DNA of 64,000 bases, taken from the NCBI GenBank assembly GCA_030390025.1, contig CM059432.1:59274001-59338000 (forward strand), in the 5' to 3' direction. The number at the start of each line of letters is the position of its first letter. Position 1 is the stretch's first letter. Position numbers and translations under genes: made by a program. Source of the stretch: Squalus acanthias. Taxonomy: Eukaryota. A model generated the notes under the pieces. It ran no database searches and was not told the origin of the DNA. It saw nothing but the letters and a program-made list of their open reading frames with translations. Positions 1 through 13,204 of this stretch are shown piece after piece.

Positions 1-790
1 TGAGCCGCACATTTAACTCTCTGATCTGCTTGTCCCTATGCCAGTTTGCACGTGGCTCAGGTAACAAGCCAGAGATTATTACCTTTGAGGTTCTGCTTTT
101 TAATTTGAACCCTAGCTCCTCACACTCTCTCAGCCAGAACCTCATTCCTAGTTCTGCCTATGTCCTGTTCCTACGTGGACCACGACAACTGGATCCTCCC
201 CCTCCCACTCCAAATTCTTCTCCAGCCACGAGGAGATATCCTTAACCCAGGCAACACAACCTTCGGAACTATCGGTTGTGACTGCAGAGAACAGTATCTA
301 TCCCTATGACTATACTGTCCCCTACCACAACTACATTCCCTTTCACTCCCCCCACTTGAATGGTCTCCTGTACCATGGTGCCATGGTCAGTTTGTGCATC
401 CAACCTGCAGACTTTGCCCTCAACCACACAGGCAGCAAAAACCTCGTACCTGTTGGATAAGGGCAAAGACCACGGCTCCTCCAGCACGGCACCTGGGATC
501 CTCTTAACTGCCTGAGTCGCAGTTACACTCTCCTGTCCCTGACCACTAACCAGACCTGTACCACTACCTAACTTAAGGGGTGTGACTGCCTCCTGAATCA
601 AAGTGTCCAGGTAACTCTCCCCCTTCCTGATGTCCCGCAATGTCTGCATCTCAGACTTCAGCTCAACAACTCTGAGCTGAAGTTCCCTGAGATGCAGACA
701 CTTACTGCAGACGTGGTCATCCAGGATCGCAATGCTCTCTACACACTCCCACATGCTGCAGTTGTGGCACACCACCTGCACTGCCATCCC
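1..790 (-). pseudogene. CR1 LINE ORF1 (zinc finger/coiled-coil + SGNH esterase), disrupted, running off the window edge
   Basis: ORF 269..856 from MAVQVV: CxxC...HxCxxC zinc motif, heptad stretch LRELQLRVVELKSEMQTLR and the esterase motif VVVVGDSIV. The frameshifted esterase continuation (VVVHVG-type block) lies in 1-268. Confidence 0.85.
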
Positions 791-795
791 TATAT

Positions 796-1411
796 ATTTT
801 TTTAATTCGTATATGGGATGTGAGCGTCGCTGGCAAGGCCAGCATTTATTGCCCATCCCTAACTGCCCTCGAGAAGGTGGTGGTGAGCTGCCTTCTTGAA
901 CTGCTGCAGTCCGTGTGGTGAAGGTACTCCCACAGTGCTGTTAGGTAGGGAGTTCCAGGATTTTGACCCAGTGACGGTGAAGGAACGGCGATATACTTCT
1001 AAGTCAGGATGGTGTGCAACTTGGAGGGGAAGGTGTTCCCATGCACCTGCTGCCCTTGTTCTTCTAGGTGGAAGAGGTCGCGAGTTTGGGAGGTGCTGCC
1101 GAAGAAGCCTTGGCGAGTTGCTGCAGTGCATCTTGTAGATGGTACACACTACAGCCACGGTACGCCAGTGATGGAGGGAGTGAATGTTTAAGGTGGTAGA
1201 TGGGGTGCCAATCAAGCGGGCTGCTTTGTCCTGTATGGTGTCAAGCTTCTTGAGTGTTGTTGGAGCTGCACTCATCCAGGCAAGTGGAGAGTATTCCATC
1301 ACACTCCTTACTTGTGCCTTGTAGATGATAGAAATGCTTTGGGGAGTCAGGAGGTGAGACACTCGCCGCAGAATACCTAGCCTCTGACCTGCTCTTGTTG
1401 CTACAGTATTT
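796..1411 (-). mobile_element. CR1-group LINE lineage B, 3' fragment inserted just upstream of the CR1 ORF1 start
   Basis: RT C-terminus YKAQVRSVMEYSPLAW...IQDKAARLIG (ORF 859..1362) and a 3' UTR GGGATGGGCAATAAATGCTGGCC shared with other copies in the window. Confidence 0.85.
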
Positions 1412-1744
1412 ACGTTGTTTTATTTATTTAATTAATTAAAGTTTATGTATTTAATTAACTTAGCTTACAGTTTAGTTTTTTAACTAATTACTAGATCTAG
1501 TTTAAGTTATAGGTAGATTAAAATAAATATTTACCTGTAACACAAAGTACTACAAATACTGGAAGCAAAAAGCAGCACCTCCTTCCCCCTCTGCTCCGAA
1601 TTCCCACTCTCTCCAAATTCCCAACTTTAACACTTTGTTTAGAAGCACTCCATTTAAGACCACTCTGTGCTGACCATTATGGTGAACTGCAGCCCTTTAT
1701 AGGCTGCATCATCTCCAGATTTTGTGTTTTCCCAGTCAAGTGAC

Positions 1745-1985
1745 TAAGCACTCTGGATCACCCCTGTCCTCGCTAACCTGCATTGGCTCAACTCCCCCAG
1801 CACCTCTAGTTTAAAATTGTTATCCTTGTGTTTAAATCCTTTTATGGCCTCAACTCTACATACCTCTGTAATTTCCGCGAACCGTTCAACCCTCCCGAAC
1901 TCTCTGTCCCTCTGACTCTGACCTTTTGTGCATTCCACCCCTTTCCTTCTACTCATAATTGGTGGCTGTGCCTTCAGCCTACGCT
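1745..1985 (+). mobile_element. L2 LINE 3' relic
   Basis: Decayed ITPVLANLHWL-type L2 C-terminal coding sequence, similar to the copies at 33.5, 34.8, 51.3 and 58.3 kb. Confidence 0.65.
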
Positions 1986-3914
1986 ACCAATATATTTAGT
2001 GTTGTCTATATCCAAACACATAATCTGGTGCTGGAAACCTCCCTTAACTCACCCAGGTCTTTGAAAACACAGCTGGCATGATCAAGCCTTCCTTTGGATA
2101 ATATTGCTGTGAATAACAGCTTGCCACATCTGTCAAGTGCTCCAAGTTTAATGGAGTGGTCCAACTGTGAGCAGGAATTTTATTTTATTCCCCCCCCCAC
2201 CCCGCCCCCACACACAAAAGCATACACACTTTGCAACTGAATGCCCCATAACATCTCCAGCAAATTTTTTCCCCCCAATTTTTTTTTGAAATGATGGCTT
2301 CAGATGATGGTTTCATAGTTGAATCCTTTATCAGTTTACTTATAAACTAAGAAATTCTGCTTGCTAATTTCTTTCATTCTTTCTGCTCTTACTTGACAAT
2401 GAGCTCCAACAAAATAATCAGCACGTATTATTTCATGGATATTAAATGCACAATGAATTTAAATGCCACTTTTGTGAAAGATGTGCACTGCAAGTTGTGC
2501 TATGTGTTTTGCTCCACATGAGGCCCTCTACTTTTAATAGAGTCCTTTCAGTTCAGCTATGGATGTTCTAAATTATGTCCTCTTGTTGGAGAGCAGGAGT
2601 GAGAAAAGGAAAACAACATCTGGCTGATAAAACCAGAAATTACAGGAACAGTCAGTGCAAGTAGGTTAAGCAATTCTTTTCACCGCTTAAATAGGCCATC
2701 TTGCACATTCCAAGGCACTGCACAGGCATCATTGCGTGACATCTATAAAAGTAAGCACATACATCCAATTTTACCTTAATTTAAAATTCTTTTAACCTTA
2801 AGAGTTATTTTGGGATCTGCTTTTAAATTGAATAGAAAATGTTGTGGGTATTCTTCTGTCACGTTTTCAGCTCTTTTGAGCCAGTTATTCTGCACAAATA
2901 CCTTTCTCATTTACTGGGGTTGGACAACATTCTACTGGTGTAGATCCCAATTTCAGCCACTTGGTGCTGCTGAGCACCACTGCGACTGCAATTGTGAACA
3001 CCCGCAATAGCCTGGAATACAGATCGTGATCTGTCGCAATTGGGGGAATATCACTCCTTTTGGCCTTTCCCTAAAAGCACTGGGTCTTTGTCAGAGCAAC
3101 TGAATTTATTCTCCTGCTGTATGTTTCTTCAAAAGCAGCATGTAATTTCTGGTGCTAGAAACATGTTCACTTAAATACAAACTAAAAATAAAACTGGAGC
3201 AGATTATCCTTTCAGCTCACCCACATTTAGAATGTTGCATCTGACACTTACTGTAAATCATAATTTTTTTTTAACTTGGGCCTTTTTTTGGGCAGATTTT
3301 GCCTTGCCTTTTTAATCACCAAAATGAAATCAGTGCAAATGTCTTGCATGACAGAAAATCAAAAGTCAGAAAGTGGCCAGACGCAACGATAAAGCTGTAC
3401 AACTTTTTCATTAAACTGAGTGTCATGAAAATAACCCGATTCACAGCATGTTGTCTATTAACCATGGCCATAAAAATTGTATCTCCATGGTTTCAACAAC
3501 ATCAACCTCTTTATGGCTACCAGTTTGCTCATGAGAAAATAAAATAGGATGACTGCTGCTGTGCCTATATTCAGTCACTCTATATTATACTTTACATAGA
3601 CAAAGGCAATAAACAGGCTGCAGTATGTTACAAGGCAGCAACTATGTAAGGAACGCTGAAGAGGTTTATTAATGATGTCTCAACTCTGAGGTGCTTAGCA
3701 TCCCCAGAAGGCACCGCAACCTGTTGCTAATATTTATAATATACACAGACCCAGCTTATGGGGAATGGTAATCTTCCACATTGAGTTACTTTTTTTTGCT
3801 GGCAGCTGATGTCATGGTGAGATAGACAGACAGCAGTTCCTGTGACTGAATGATGCAATTTCAACTGTAGAAGTATTCTACAGTGGTATTTGCACTACAA
3901 TGACAGCTGATATT

Positions 3915-4709
3915 GGCTCGGAATTTGCGGTCCTGATGACGGTGAACTGGCAGCGTTCGCTGTCATTTCACCTTTCAAACTGACGGCAACTCCAGGATTT
4001 AGCACATGCACAGCCTAATGCAGAAATCCTGAAGCTGTGGTCTGTCATTCACTGCTCCTCCGCAGGCTGCGCTGTGCGCCCACCACCACCGCCACCCCAC
4101 CCCACCCCTCAGAGCCGGCAATTAGTGTAATCCCTCATATCAGGGAAACTGATGAAAACACTTCAGCTCTTCCGCGGTAATACCGCTGTTAAATACCCCA
4201 TTAAAAGTTAGATCCTTTTGGATTAGGTGCAAATGGGGATTTAACAGTGCATTGACTGCTAAACAAAGGTTATGGCCCTGAAAAACTAATTTTAATTTTG
4301 TGGAGTGTCAAATTTATCCACTTCAATAAAAATTAAAATTAAGAAACTTAAAAAAAAGTTAAATTTTTCTTAAGTTTGTTCATCTTTATTTCAGGTTTGC
4401 CTTTTCCCCCTGTGAGAGCCCCAATCTTTGTTCTGCTCTCTCTAACATTTTTAAATAGTTAGAATCAAAGGAGCTTATCTACTGCCTGGTTCGCCATCTG
4501 AGAATTCTGCGTTTTGATTGGTTGCTTAGGCAGCTTGTTGACATCATAGCAGCTCTTCGCTGGGAATCCCCATTAACTTGCGTTGATTTCAATTATGCAT
4601 CAGACAAGCCGAACTTCTCGCCACAGAGATCGCGAGATCTTTGTGGGAAGTTTACTTCAGGGCCAGTGGTGAACGCCTTTGCTTCGCCGCTCACTGCAAA
4701 TTATGGGCC
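3915..4709. mobile_element. Non-autonomous DNA transposon (PIF/Harbinger-type MITE)
   Basis: Imperfect TIRs GGCTCGGAATTTGC / GCAAATTATGGGCC, flanked by ATT on both sides (3912-3914, 4710-4712), a 3-bp TSD. Confidence 0.65.
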
Positions 4710-5724
4710 ATTACTTCATTGCACACCAGAGGCCAACATGTCCTGTATGTATTAGTGATACTCACATCCTGATGTACAGAACTGAAGGACTAAAATTTGC
4801 AACGTGGCCAATAGAAATTTTATTCATTTTCTGTTTACATCGACCAGAAAATTCCTCAGAGCTATTCCCACTCCACTGACGGTACTTCACCGGAGTTGCG
4901 GAAAAAACCCTGCTTATCCGTGTAAATGAGGTTTCCACTACACTTCCAACAAAGTAATGCCAATGGAGAAACATTTATCTGCAAATAGGGGGCCTAATGC
5001 CTGTTAGAGGCTCCCTTTGCAAAATTAGGCTGCCAATTGGGCTGAAAAAGTGGTCTACGTGCAGCCTAACCAGCGGACCTTATAGGGATCACTGGAGGCC
5101 AGCACCAAAAAAAAGTAGAATCATAGAATCGTTACAGCACAGTAGGAGGTCATTCAGCCCATCGAGCCCGTGCCGGCTCTCTGCAAGAGCACTTTAGCTA
5201 GTCCCAATCCCCCGCCCTTTCTCTGTAGCCCTGCAATTTTTTTTTCTTTCAGGTACTTATCTAATTCCCTTTTGAAAGCTACGATTGAATCTGCCTTCAC
5301 CAACCTTTCAGGCAGTGCATTCCAGATCATAACCACTCGCTGCGTAAAAAAGTTTTCCTCATGTCGCCTTTGGACCTTCTGCCAATCACCTTAAATCTGT
5401 GCCCTCTGGTTCTTGACTCTTCTGCCAATGGAAACAGTTTCTCTCTATCTACTCTGTCTAAACCCCTATGACTTTGAACACCTCTATCAAATCTCCTCTC
5501 AGTCTTCTCTGCTCTGAGGAGAACGACCCCAGGTTCTCCAGTCTATCCACGTAACTGAAGTCCCTCATCCCTGGAATCATTCTTCTAAATCTTTTCTGCA
5601 CCCTCTCTAAAGCCTTCACATCCTTCCTAAAGTGCAGTGCTCAGAATTGGACACAATACTCCAGTTGAGGCTGAACCAGTGTTTTATAAAGGTTCATCAT
5701 AACTTCCTTGCTTTTGCACTCTAT

Positions 5725-7496
5725 GGGCTGAATTTTGCCAGTGCTCAGAGTGCAGGTTTTGAGGTGGGTCCATTGTCAAAATCAAAATGATTGACAGCGG
5801 GTTGGGAACCCTCTGCAAACTCACCTCCATGTAAGTTTCCAAAGTGTCAGGTCTGCGATTTCAGAACAGATCCGACACCAAGCGGCGGCGGAGGCATTTG
5901 AGATACTTAACTGCATGTTAAGTGCTTGTCAACCATTATTTTGCCAGCCTTTTTCTATTTTACCACATTTTTAACGGGGTTCACGTCGTTCGGAGATCAC
6001 GTCAGGTAAGTAGGTCGGGTTCTCTGTCTCCCCATTGCTGTGAATAGGTGACAGCTGCAAAAGTGGTATGAAAGCTACCATTTCACAGCTGCTCACTTTC
6101 CAATGTCAGAAGCTTGAGCCTCAGGACTTGGAAGACACTTATGAGCTGTATGCAGTTTGGAAGTGTTTGGAGTAAACTCTCTATCAACTGTCACCTCCTT
6201 GGAGCAAGCTCTCTCACCACTGACAGATCGCTTCTGTCATCTCAACTTCAGCTGCCATCTATTCCAACAACATCAGTGCCCTTGAAAAAATCTCACCTTA
6301 GTCCTCTGAATCCCTCCACGATCGGCCCCAACACCAACATCACCAGGCACACCAACATCACCAACAACACCAACCGTCTCCGCAATCACCTGATGCTGCA
6401 CAGGACACAGGGCATCAGCACCCGAGCACATTGCTGCCCAGGAGGCCAGCGATGGCATCACCATGGCCAGATTTACTTCACTTGACGCTGTACACCCTGG
6501 CTGCCACATGATGCACCAGGCTGGCACCACCCCACACCAGCACCATAAAGCATCCCCTACAATGTCCAAGCGATTCCTTTCACACTCATCACAATTGCGG
6601 GGGATACAGTTATGTCTCACCATTCACTGCAACTCACTAAGACACTTCTAAAGGTGAGCACAGATCTGTACAATAAGGCAAAGTGTTGAAAATAAAGATT
6701 TCAATGTTTGACAACACATTAACAGAAAATTTACATGAAACACCCAAGTGGCCCCGTTGTGTGTTGTTAGTTGGTATGATTGCATTAGGATGAGGGTGAG
6801 TGTGAGGGGTGGCTAGTGAGATGGGGATGTGATAATGTAGATAGAGAGGGGTAGGTGGAGGTGCAAGGTAAGTTGGTGTGAGTAAGGATGTGCAGGAGTA
6901 GGGCAGGGAAGGCAGAGTGATGGGGATATGATAAGTGTCACAGCAGGATGAGGTTGAGTGTGGTTTTGTAGTAATGTTTCGTGATCTACTGAGATCATTG
7001 AAAGGTTTGCGCCACTGCAGCCTGGTCGTCCTGACGACATCCCTGCTTTTGCCCTCCTGTGCAATGTGCAACTGGGCTGCGTTGGTGTCCTGGGGAGGTC
7101 TCTACTGCCCATGGGAAGGGAAGAGAACCTCCCTGCGTTCTGTGACTCCCTGCATAAGCGTATGGAGGGAGTCATGCGAGAGCCTAGGTGCAGCCATGCA
7201 CCTCTGTGCAGTGCTAGTCAGTGTTTGCAGCACCTCAATGCTGCAGAACACTGACAGCACAACTGTCAAAATGAATGCAGCCATGGTCTCTTTAAGGAAA
7301 CCGGCTGATGACGCGTCATCAAATGACGTCATCTGACCTGCTTCCTTTTAATTGGCCGGGAACCCCGCAGGGCGGGCTTAACAAGCCCTATTAACGGAAA
7401 CTCCTTTTGACAGAGCGGCTGCAGCCGGGAATGGGACCGGAACCCGCCAACCACCTCTCCTGCCACGATCCAGCCTCCGCTGGCGAAATCGCGGCC
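5725..7496. mobile_element. Internally deleted PIF/Harbinger DNA transposon
   Basis: TIRs GGGCTGAATTTTGCCA / TGGCGAAATCGCGGCC, TSD TAT (5722-5724, 7497-7499). Removing it restores CR1 sequence CTCTATGCCTCTA. It carries a Myb/SANT-like gene relic. Confidence 0.85.
6976..7197 (-). pseudogene. Myb/SANT-like DNA-binding domain (Harbinger accessory protein), one in-frame stop
   Basis: MAAPRLSHDSLHTLMQGVTERREVLFPSHGQ*RPPQDTNAAQLHIAQEGKSRDVVRTTRLQWRKPFNDL matches the Harbinger trihelix/Myb-SANT pattern (PRFS..L..L......R..LF...W..IA...RT..Q.RK.FNDL). ORFs 7102..7332 and 6637..7071 share a frame. Confidence 0.75.
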
Positions 7497-7567
7497 TATG
7501 CCTCTACTTATAAAGCCCAGGATCCCGTATGCTTTTTTAACCGCTTTCTCAACCTCTCCTGCCACCT

Positions 7568-9668
7568 TCAACGATTTGTGCACATATACCCCAGGTCTCT
7601 CTGTACCTGCAACCCCTTTAGAATTTTATTCTTTAGTTTATATAGCCTCGCCTCGTACTTCCTACCAAAATGTATCACTTCGCACTTTTCTGCATTAAAC
7701 TTCATCTGCCACATGTCCACCAGTCTGTCTATGTCCTCTTGAAATCTATCCCTATCCTCCTCACTGTTCACTATACTTCCAAGTTTTGTGTCATCTGCAA
7801 ATTTTGAAATAGTGCCCTGTACACCTTCGTCCAAATCATTAATATATATCAAGAAAAGCAGTAGTGCTAGTGCCAATCCCTGGGGAACACCACTGTATAC
7901 CTTCCTCCAGTCCGAAAGACAACCGTTCACTACTACTCTCCATTTCCTGTCACTTAGCTAATTTTGTATCCATGCTGCCACTGTCCCCTTTATTCCATGG
8001 GCTTCAACTTTGCTGGCAAACCTATTATGTGGCACTTTATTAAATGCCTTTTGGAAATCCATGTACACCACATCAACTGCAGTGCTCTCATCAACCCTCT
8101 CTGTTACCTCATCAATAAATTCAAACAAGTTGGTTAAACACGATTTGCCTTTAACAAATCCGTGCTGGCTTTCCTTAATTAATCCACACTTGTCTAAGTG
8201 ACTGCTAATTTTGTCCCGGATTATCGTTCCTAAAAGCTTCTCCATCACCGAGGTTAAGCTGACTGGTCTGTAGTTGCTGGGTTTATCCTTGCACTCTTTT
8301 TTGAACAAGGGTGTAACATTTGCAATTCTCCACTCCTCTAACACCACCCCCGTATCTAAGGAGGATTGGAAGATTATGGATAGTACCTCTGCAATTATCA
8401 CCTTTACTTCCCTCAGCATCCTAGGATGCATTCCATCCGGTCCTGGTGACTTATCTACTTTAAGTACAGACAGCCTTTCGAGCACCTCCTCTTTATCAAC
8501 TTTTATCCCATCCAATGTCTCAACTACCTCCTCTTTCACTATGACTTTGGCAGCATCTTCTTCCTTGGTAAAGACAGATGTAAAGTACTCATTTAGTGCC
8601 TCAGCTATGCCCTCTGCCTCCATGTGTAGATCTCCTTTTTGGTCCCTAATCGGCCCCACCCCTCCTCTTACTACCCGTTTACTATGTATATGCCTATAGA
8701 AGACTTTTCGATTTCTTTTTATGTTAGCTGCCAGTCTATTCTCATACTCTCTCTTTGCCCCTCTTATTTCCTTTTTCACTTCCCTTCTGAACTTTCTGTA
8801 TTCAATATGGTTCTCACTTGTATTCTCAACCTGACATCTGTCATAGGCACTCTTTTTCTGCTTCATCTTACTCTCTATCTCTTTCTTCATCCAGGGAGCT
8901 CTGGCTTTGGTTGCCCTACCTTTCCCCCTCATGGGAATGTACCTCGACTGTACCTGAACCATCTCCTCTTTAAAGGCAGCCCATTGTTCGATTACAGTTT
9001 TGCCTGCCAATCCTTGATTCCAGTTTACCCGGGCCAGATCCATTCTCAACCCACTGAAATTGGCCCTCCTCCAGTTAAGTATTTTGACTCTAGATTGCTT
9101 TTTGTCCTTTTCCGTAGCTAACCTAAACATTATGATCACTGTTCCCTAAATGTCCCCCTACTGAAACTTGATCCACCTGACCCACCTCATTCCCCAGAAC
9201 CAGATCCAGCAATGCTTCCTTCCTCGTTGGGCCAGAAACATACTGATCAAGAAAGTTCTCCTGAACACACTTCAGAAATTCTTCCCCCTCTCTACCATTT
9301 ACACTATTACTATCCCAGTCTATATTAGGATAATTGAAGTCCCCCATTATCATTACTCTATAATTCTTGCATCTCTCTGTAATTTCCCTGAAAATTTGCT
9401 CCTCTATATCTTTCCCACTAGTTGGCAGCCTATAGAATACACCTGGTAGTGTAATGGCACCTCTATTGTTTCTTAACTCTAACCAAATAGATTCTGTCCT
9501 TGACCCATCCAAGAAATCCTTTCTCTCCAGCACTGTAATATTGTCCTTAATTAATACTGCCACACCACCTCCTTTCTTTCCTCCCCTATCTTTCCTGAAC
9601 ACCTTATAGCCAGAAATATTTAGTACCCAATCCTGCCCTTTTTTGAGCCAGGTCTCCGTTATCGCCAC
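7568..9668 (-). pseudogene. CR1 ORF2 (apurinic endonuclease + reverse transcriptase), frameshifted
   Basis: ITETWL, MGDFN and SDHN endonuclease motifs; KSPGPDG, NYRPVSLTS, QHGF, DFQKAF, GVPQG and FADD RT motifs across ORFs 9123..9668, 7958..9139 and 7568..7930. Confidence 0.93.
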
Positions 9669-9799
9669 ATCATCATATTCTCATGTGGCTATTTGCGTCT
9701 GCAGCTCACCAACCTTATTTAACACACTTTGTGCATTTACACACATGCACTGTAAACCTATCTTAGACTTTCTTGTATTTTCTCTTAGTCTGACCCCAA

Positions 9800-10964
9800 T
9801 TAATTTTTAAAAATTAATTTATGGGATGTGGGCGTCGCAGGCAAGGCCAGCATGTATTGCCCTTCCCTAATTGCCCTTGAGAAGGTGGTGGTGAGCCGCC
9901 TTCTTGAACCGCTGCAGTCGGTGTGGTGAAGGTACTCCCACAGTGCTGTTAGGTAGAGAGTTCCAGGATTTTGACCCAGCAACGATGAAGGATCGGCGAT
10001 ATACTTCTAAGTCAGGATGGTGTATGACTTGGAGGGGAATTTGGAGGTGGTGGTGTTCCCATGTGCCTGCTGCCCTTGTCCTTCTAGGTGGAAGAGGCTG
10101 CGGGTTTGGGAGGTGCTGTCGAAGAAGCCTTGGCGAGTTGCTGCAGTGCATCTTGTAGATGGTACACACTGCAGCCACGGTACACCAGTGGTGGAGGGAT
10201 TGAATGTTTAAGGTGGTGGATGGGGTGCCAATTAAGCGGGCTGCTTTGTCTTGGATGATGTCGAGCTTCTTGAGTGTTGTTGGAGCTGCACTCATCCAGG
10301 CAAGTGGAGAGTATTCCATCACACTCCTTACTTGTGCCTTGTAGATGGTGGAAAGGATTTGGGGAGTCAGGAGGTGAGACACTCGCTGCAGAATACCTAG
10401 CCTCTGACCTGTTCTTGTTGCCACAGTATGTGGCTGGTCCAGTTAAGTATCTGGTCAATGGTGACCCCCAGGATGTTGATGGTGGAGGATTCGGCGATGG
10501 TAATGCCGTTGAATGTCAAGGGGCGGTGGTTAGAATCTTGCTTGTTGGAGATAGTCATTGCCTGGCACTTGTGGGGCGCAAATGTTACCTGCCACTTATC
10601 AGCCCAAGCCTGAACGTCATCCAGGTCTTGTTGCATGCGGGCATGGACTGCTTCATTATCTGAGGAGTTGTGAATGGCACTAAACACTGTGCTGCCATCA
10701 GCGAACATCCCCGTTTCTGACCTTATGTTGGAGGGAAGGTCATTGATGAAGTAGCTGAAGATGCTTGCGCCTAGGACACTGCCCTGAGGAACGCCTGCAG
10801 CGATGTCCTGGGACTGTGATGATTGACCTCAAACCACCACAACCATCTTCCTTTGTGCTAGGTATGACTCCAGCCAGTGGAGAGTTTTCCCCCCGATTCC
10901 CATTGACTTCAGTTTTACTAGGGCTCCTTGATGCCACACTCGGTCAAATGCTGCCTTGTTGTCA
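9800..10964 (-). mobile_element. CR1-group LINE lineage B, 5'-truncated, nested in the CR1
   Basis: ORFs 9867..10424 and 10397..10708 (MFADG, WADKWQVTF, YKAQVRSVMEY) with the same 3' UTR as 796-1411. Confidence 0.88.
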
Positions 10965-12240
10965 ATACCGTATTATCGCTTACTCTAGTGCTATCTGTAA
11001 CTCCCACTCTTTTGTGCACCATGTTTCTCCTTTCTAATGCTACATCCTGGTGCCCATCCCCCTGCCAAATTAGTTTAAGCAAGTTAAAAAATGTGGAGCC
11101 AGGAGGAGGAGTGCTCCTCCCGGCTCCTCTGCAGTGCTGAAAACCGTTGCCATTCCCCCTCCCTCACCACCCCCACCCCCGCCCCCGATAACTTCCCCAC
11201 CTCTCCCAAGACCGGCAAAGCAATGGCCCAAAATTGAAAACCTCTTCGCCGGTGAGCTGCCTGGGGACACCCAGCTGGTGTCTGCAACTCACTGCCCTCA
11301 TGTAAAGGAGGCCGGAGGCCCAATATCAAGTGCGCCTCAGGCCTACCCATTCCAGCACAGGCATTGTTCCCTACACCCAGTTCATGCAGTCTTGGCTGGT
11401 TCTTAGGCCCATGTACTGTTCGGAAAAAAAATTCTCAAAAAAGAAAAAAATATAGAAAATATAGATGGTTTTTTTCCCCCCATAAAAATGCCCACAAAAT
11501 TCAATTAAAATAAGACTGAAAAAGGTACTGAAAAACAGTAAAATAAAATGAAAATGACTAATAAAGCATTGGACCTTTTAGAGCATCAGCACTCGCAGAG
11601 CTTCCCTTAGGTCCAGACAGGTGAAGAGAACTCTCAATGCAATCTGCCATAAGCTGATGGAGAACATTTACATGTATCGTAGTATTTTATTGAGAATATG
11701 GGTCACTTTCAGCACAATCACTTTAAACCAGTTCAAACGGCCTACTGGAAGATCCTGCTCTGTACTAACTGGACATAGATCAGGTTAGATGGATTGTTTT
11801 TCTGATCTCTCAGCACCCATTTTGCTCCTGCGCCACTGATCATGGCGATTGGAAAATAGTCTCTCTCATTTCATCTTAGCACAAAAATAAAACAGATTAA
11901 TCAATGTCAAGCCACAACATGTTTTCCTGTTGTACTCTTTGAGGAATTCATACTTCAACCTGACAGATTTTTGCAGTGACCCGCTCATACCACATCTCAT
12001 TTATTTCAGATGCTGACAAAACCGCATTGTGAATAACCCCTCTGAAAGCCAGTGCATTTCAACTACTATTTAGATCCTGCCTTAACTGTCAGAACTTCTA
12101 GCATGTTTTTGCCTTTGAAAACTAAAGAGCATAGTAGACTCGGTTCGGCAGAAATGCCCGATTTACTGACGTTTAACTCTTCCCTAATTACATACAGCAA
12201 AAAAAAAAATCCTGCACCACAGCGACCAACAGATCAAAAG

Positions 12241-13137
12241 GAACTTGAGACTAAATCCCCTATTCACAGACATTGCTTTTTGCTGCAATGTTTTGCCACT
12301 GTGCAGATAATACCCTGTTGTCAAACACTGACCCTATCCACGATAAATTGGTTAACCAATGTAACATCAAGTTACATTTAAATAATTTTGCTATGTAAAG
12401 GAATCATTTAGAGCACTTTAGGAGGAGAGCGGCCACTACAGTAAAAGGACCAATTTGAGGCGAGGAGAGGGAGGCGGGGAAGACCAAAAGCACAGGGAGT
12501 TGGGTTTTAAGGGGTTTTTCAAGGCTGTGAGAGGTAGCAATGGGGTGAGTGATGTTGAGAATAGTGCAGTAGAGAGATTGGGAAACAAGCAGTAGTCTGG
12601 AGACAGAGGAACAAAAGCTGCAGACTGGGATTTATAAATGTAATGACATGACTGGGCTGCCATCTACAGCATCATGCCTATATTGACCTTATGGTCAGCC
12701 ATTAGATGAAACATTATAAGAACACCCTAATCCAAATCAAATGCTAAGAAATAACGAAATGGATATACAACCTGCCAGGATCTATCCAAGATCTGGAGCT
12801 CACCATGTGGGGAATTGAAACTGCCAGCAACAGTAACTCATGTTTTTGCATAGTTTAAAGGATTCAAGGATAGATTTTTGTCTTCACCACCTGGGTGGTA
12901 ATCTGGCCCGCCCTTTATAGAACCCGCATGATTTCAGGAGTCAACTTTTCTTACAGTAGTTTATTTTACTCACTAAAAACAGCCAAGTGAATAAACATCA
13001 CCTAATACTCAAAAGAATCCTACTGTTAATATAGGATGAAAATTGCACTCACAACTTCAACAGGGTATTATCTACACAGTGGCAAAACATTGCAGCAAAA
13101 AGCAATGTCTGTGAATAGGGGATTTAGTCTCAATTTC
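12241..13137. repeat. 80-bp inverted repeat pair (12241-12320 / 13058-13137)
   Basis: The reverse complement of arm 1 matches arm 2 at 78 of 80 positions by eye; the spacer is 737 bp. Confidence 0.92.
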
Positions 13138-13204
13138 TTAGCAATTTGTCAAAAAGTGTACATTTATCAGTCACCCTAATGACTTAGCAACTTTATCCAA
13201 TGAA

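Larger units (their letters stand above)
5116..11078 (-). mobile_element. CR1 LINE (lineage A), near-complete ORF2 plus ORF1/ORF2 junction, split by two later insertions
   Basis: (CTATGATT)n tail at 5116, with endonuclease and RT ORFs. Interrupted at 5725-7496 and 9800-10964. GC-rich MITE-like sequence at 4787-5113 appears to resume at 11079. Confidence 0.92.

Noticed and set aside
2902..3070. Possible 169-nt minus-strand exon (AG...GAAAG|GTATTT, 56 open codons)
   Set aside because: Weak pyrimidine tract, no partner exons and an unrecognised peptide; compatible with chance.
8010..9449. Plus-strand ORFs of 63-160 aa (and similar ones at 10274, 17418, 30176, 38683, 42603)
   Set aside because: They are antisense shadows of LINE ORF2 with no independent motifs.
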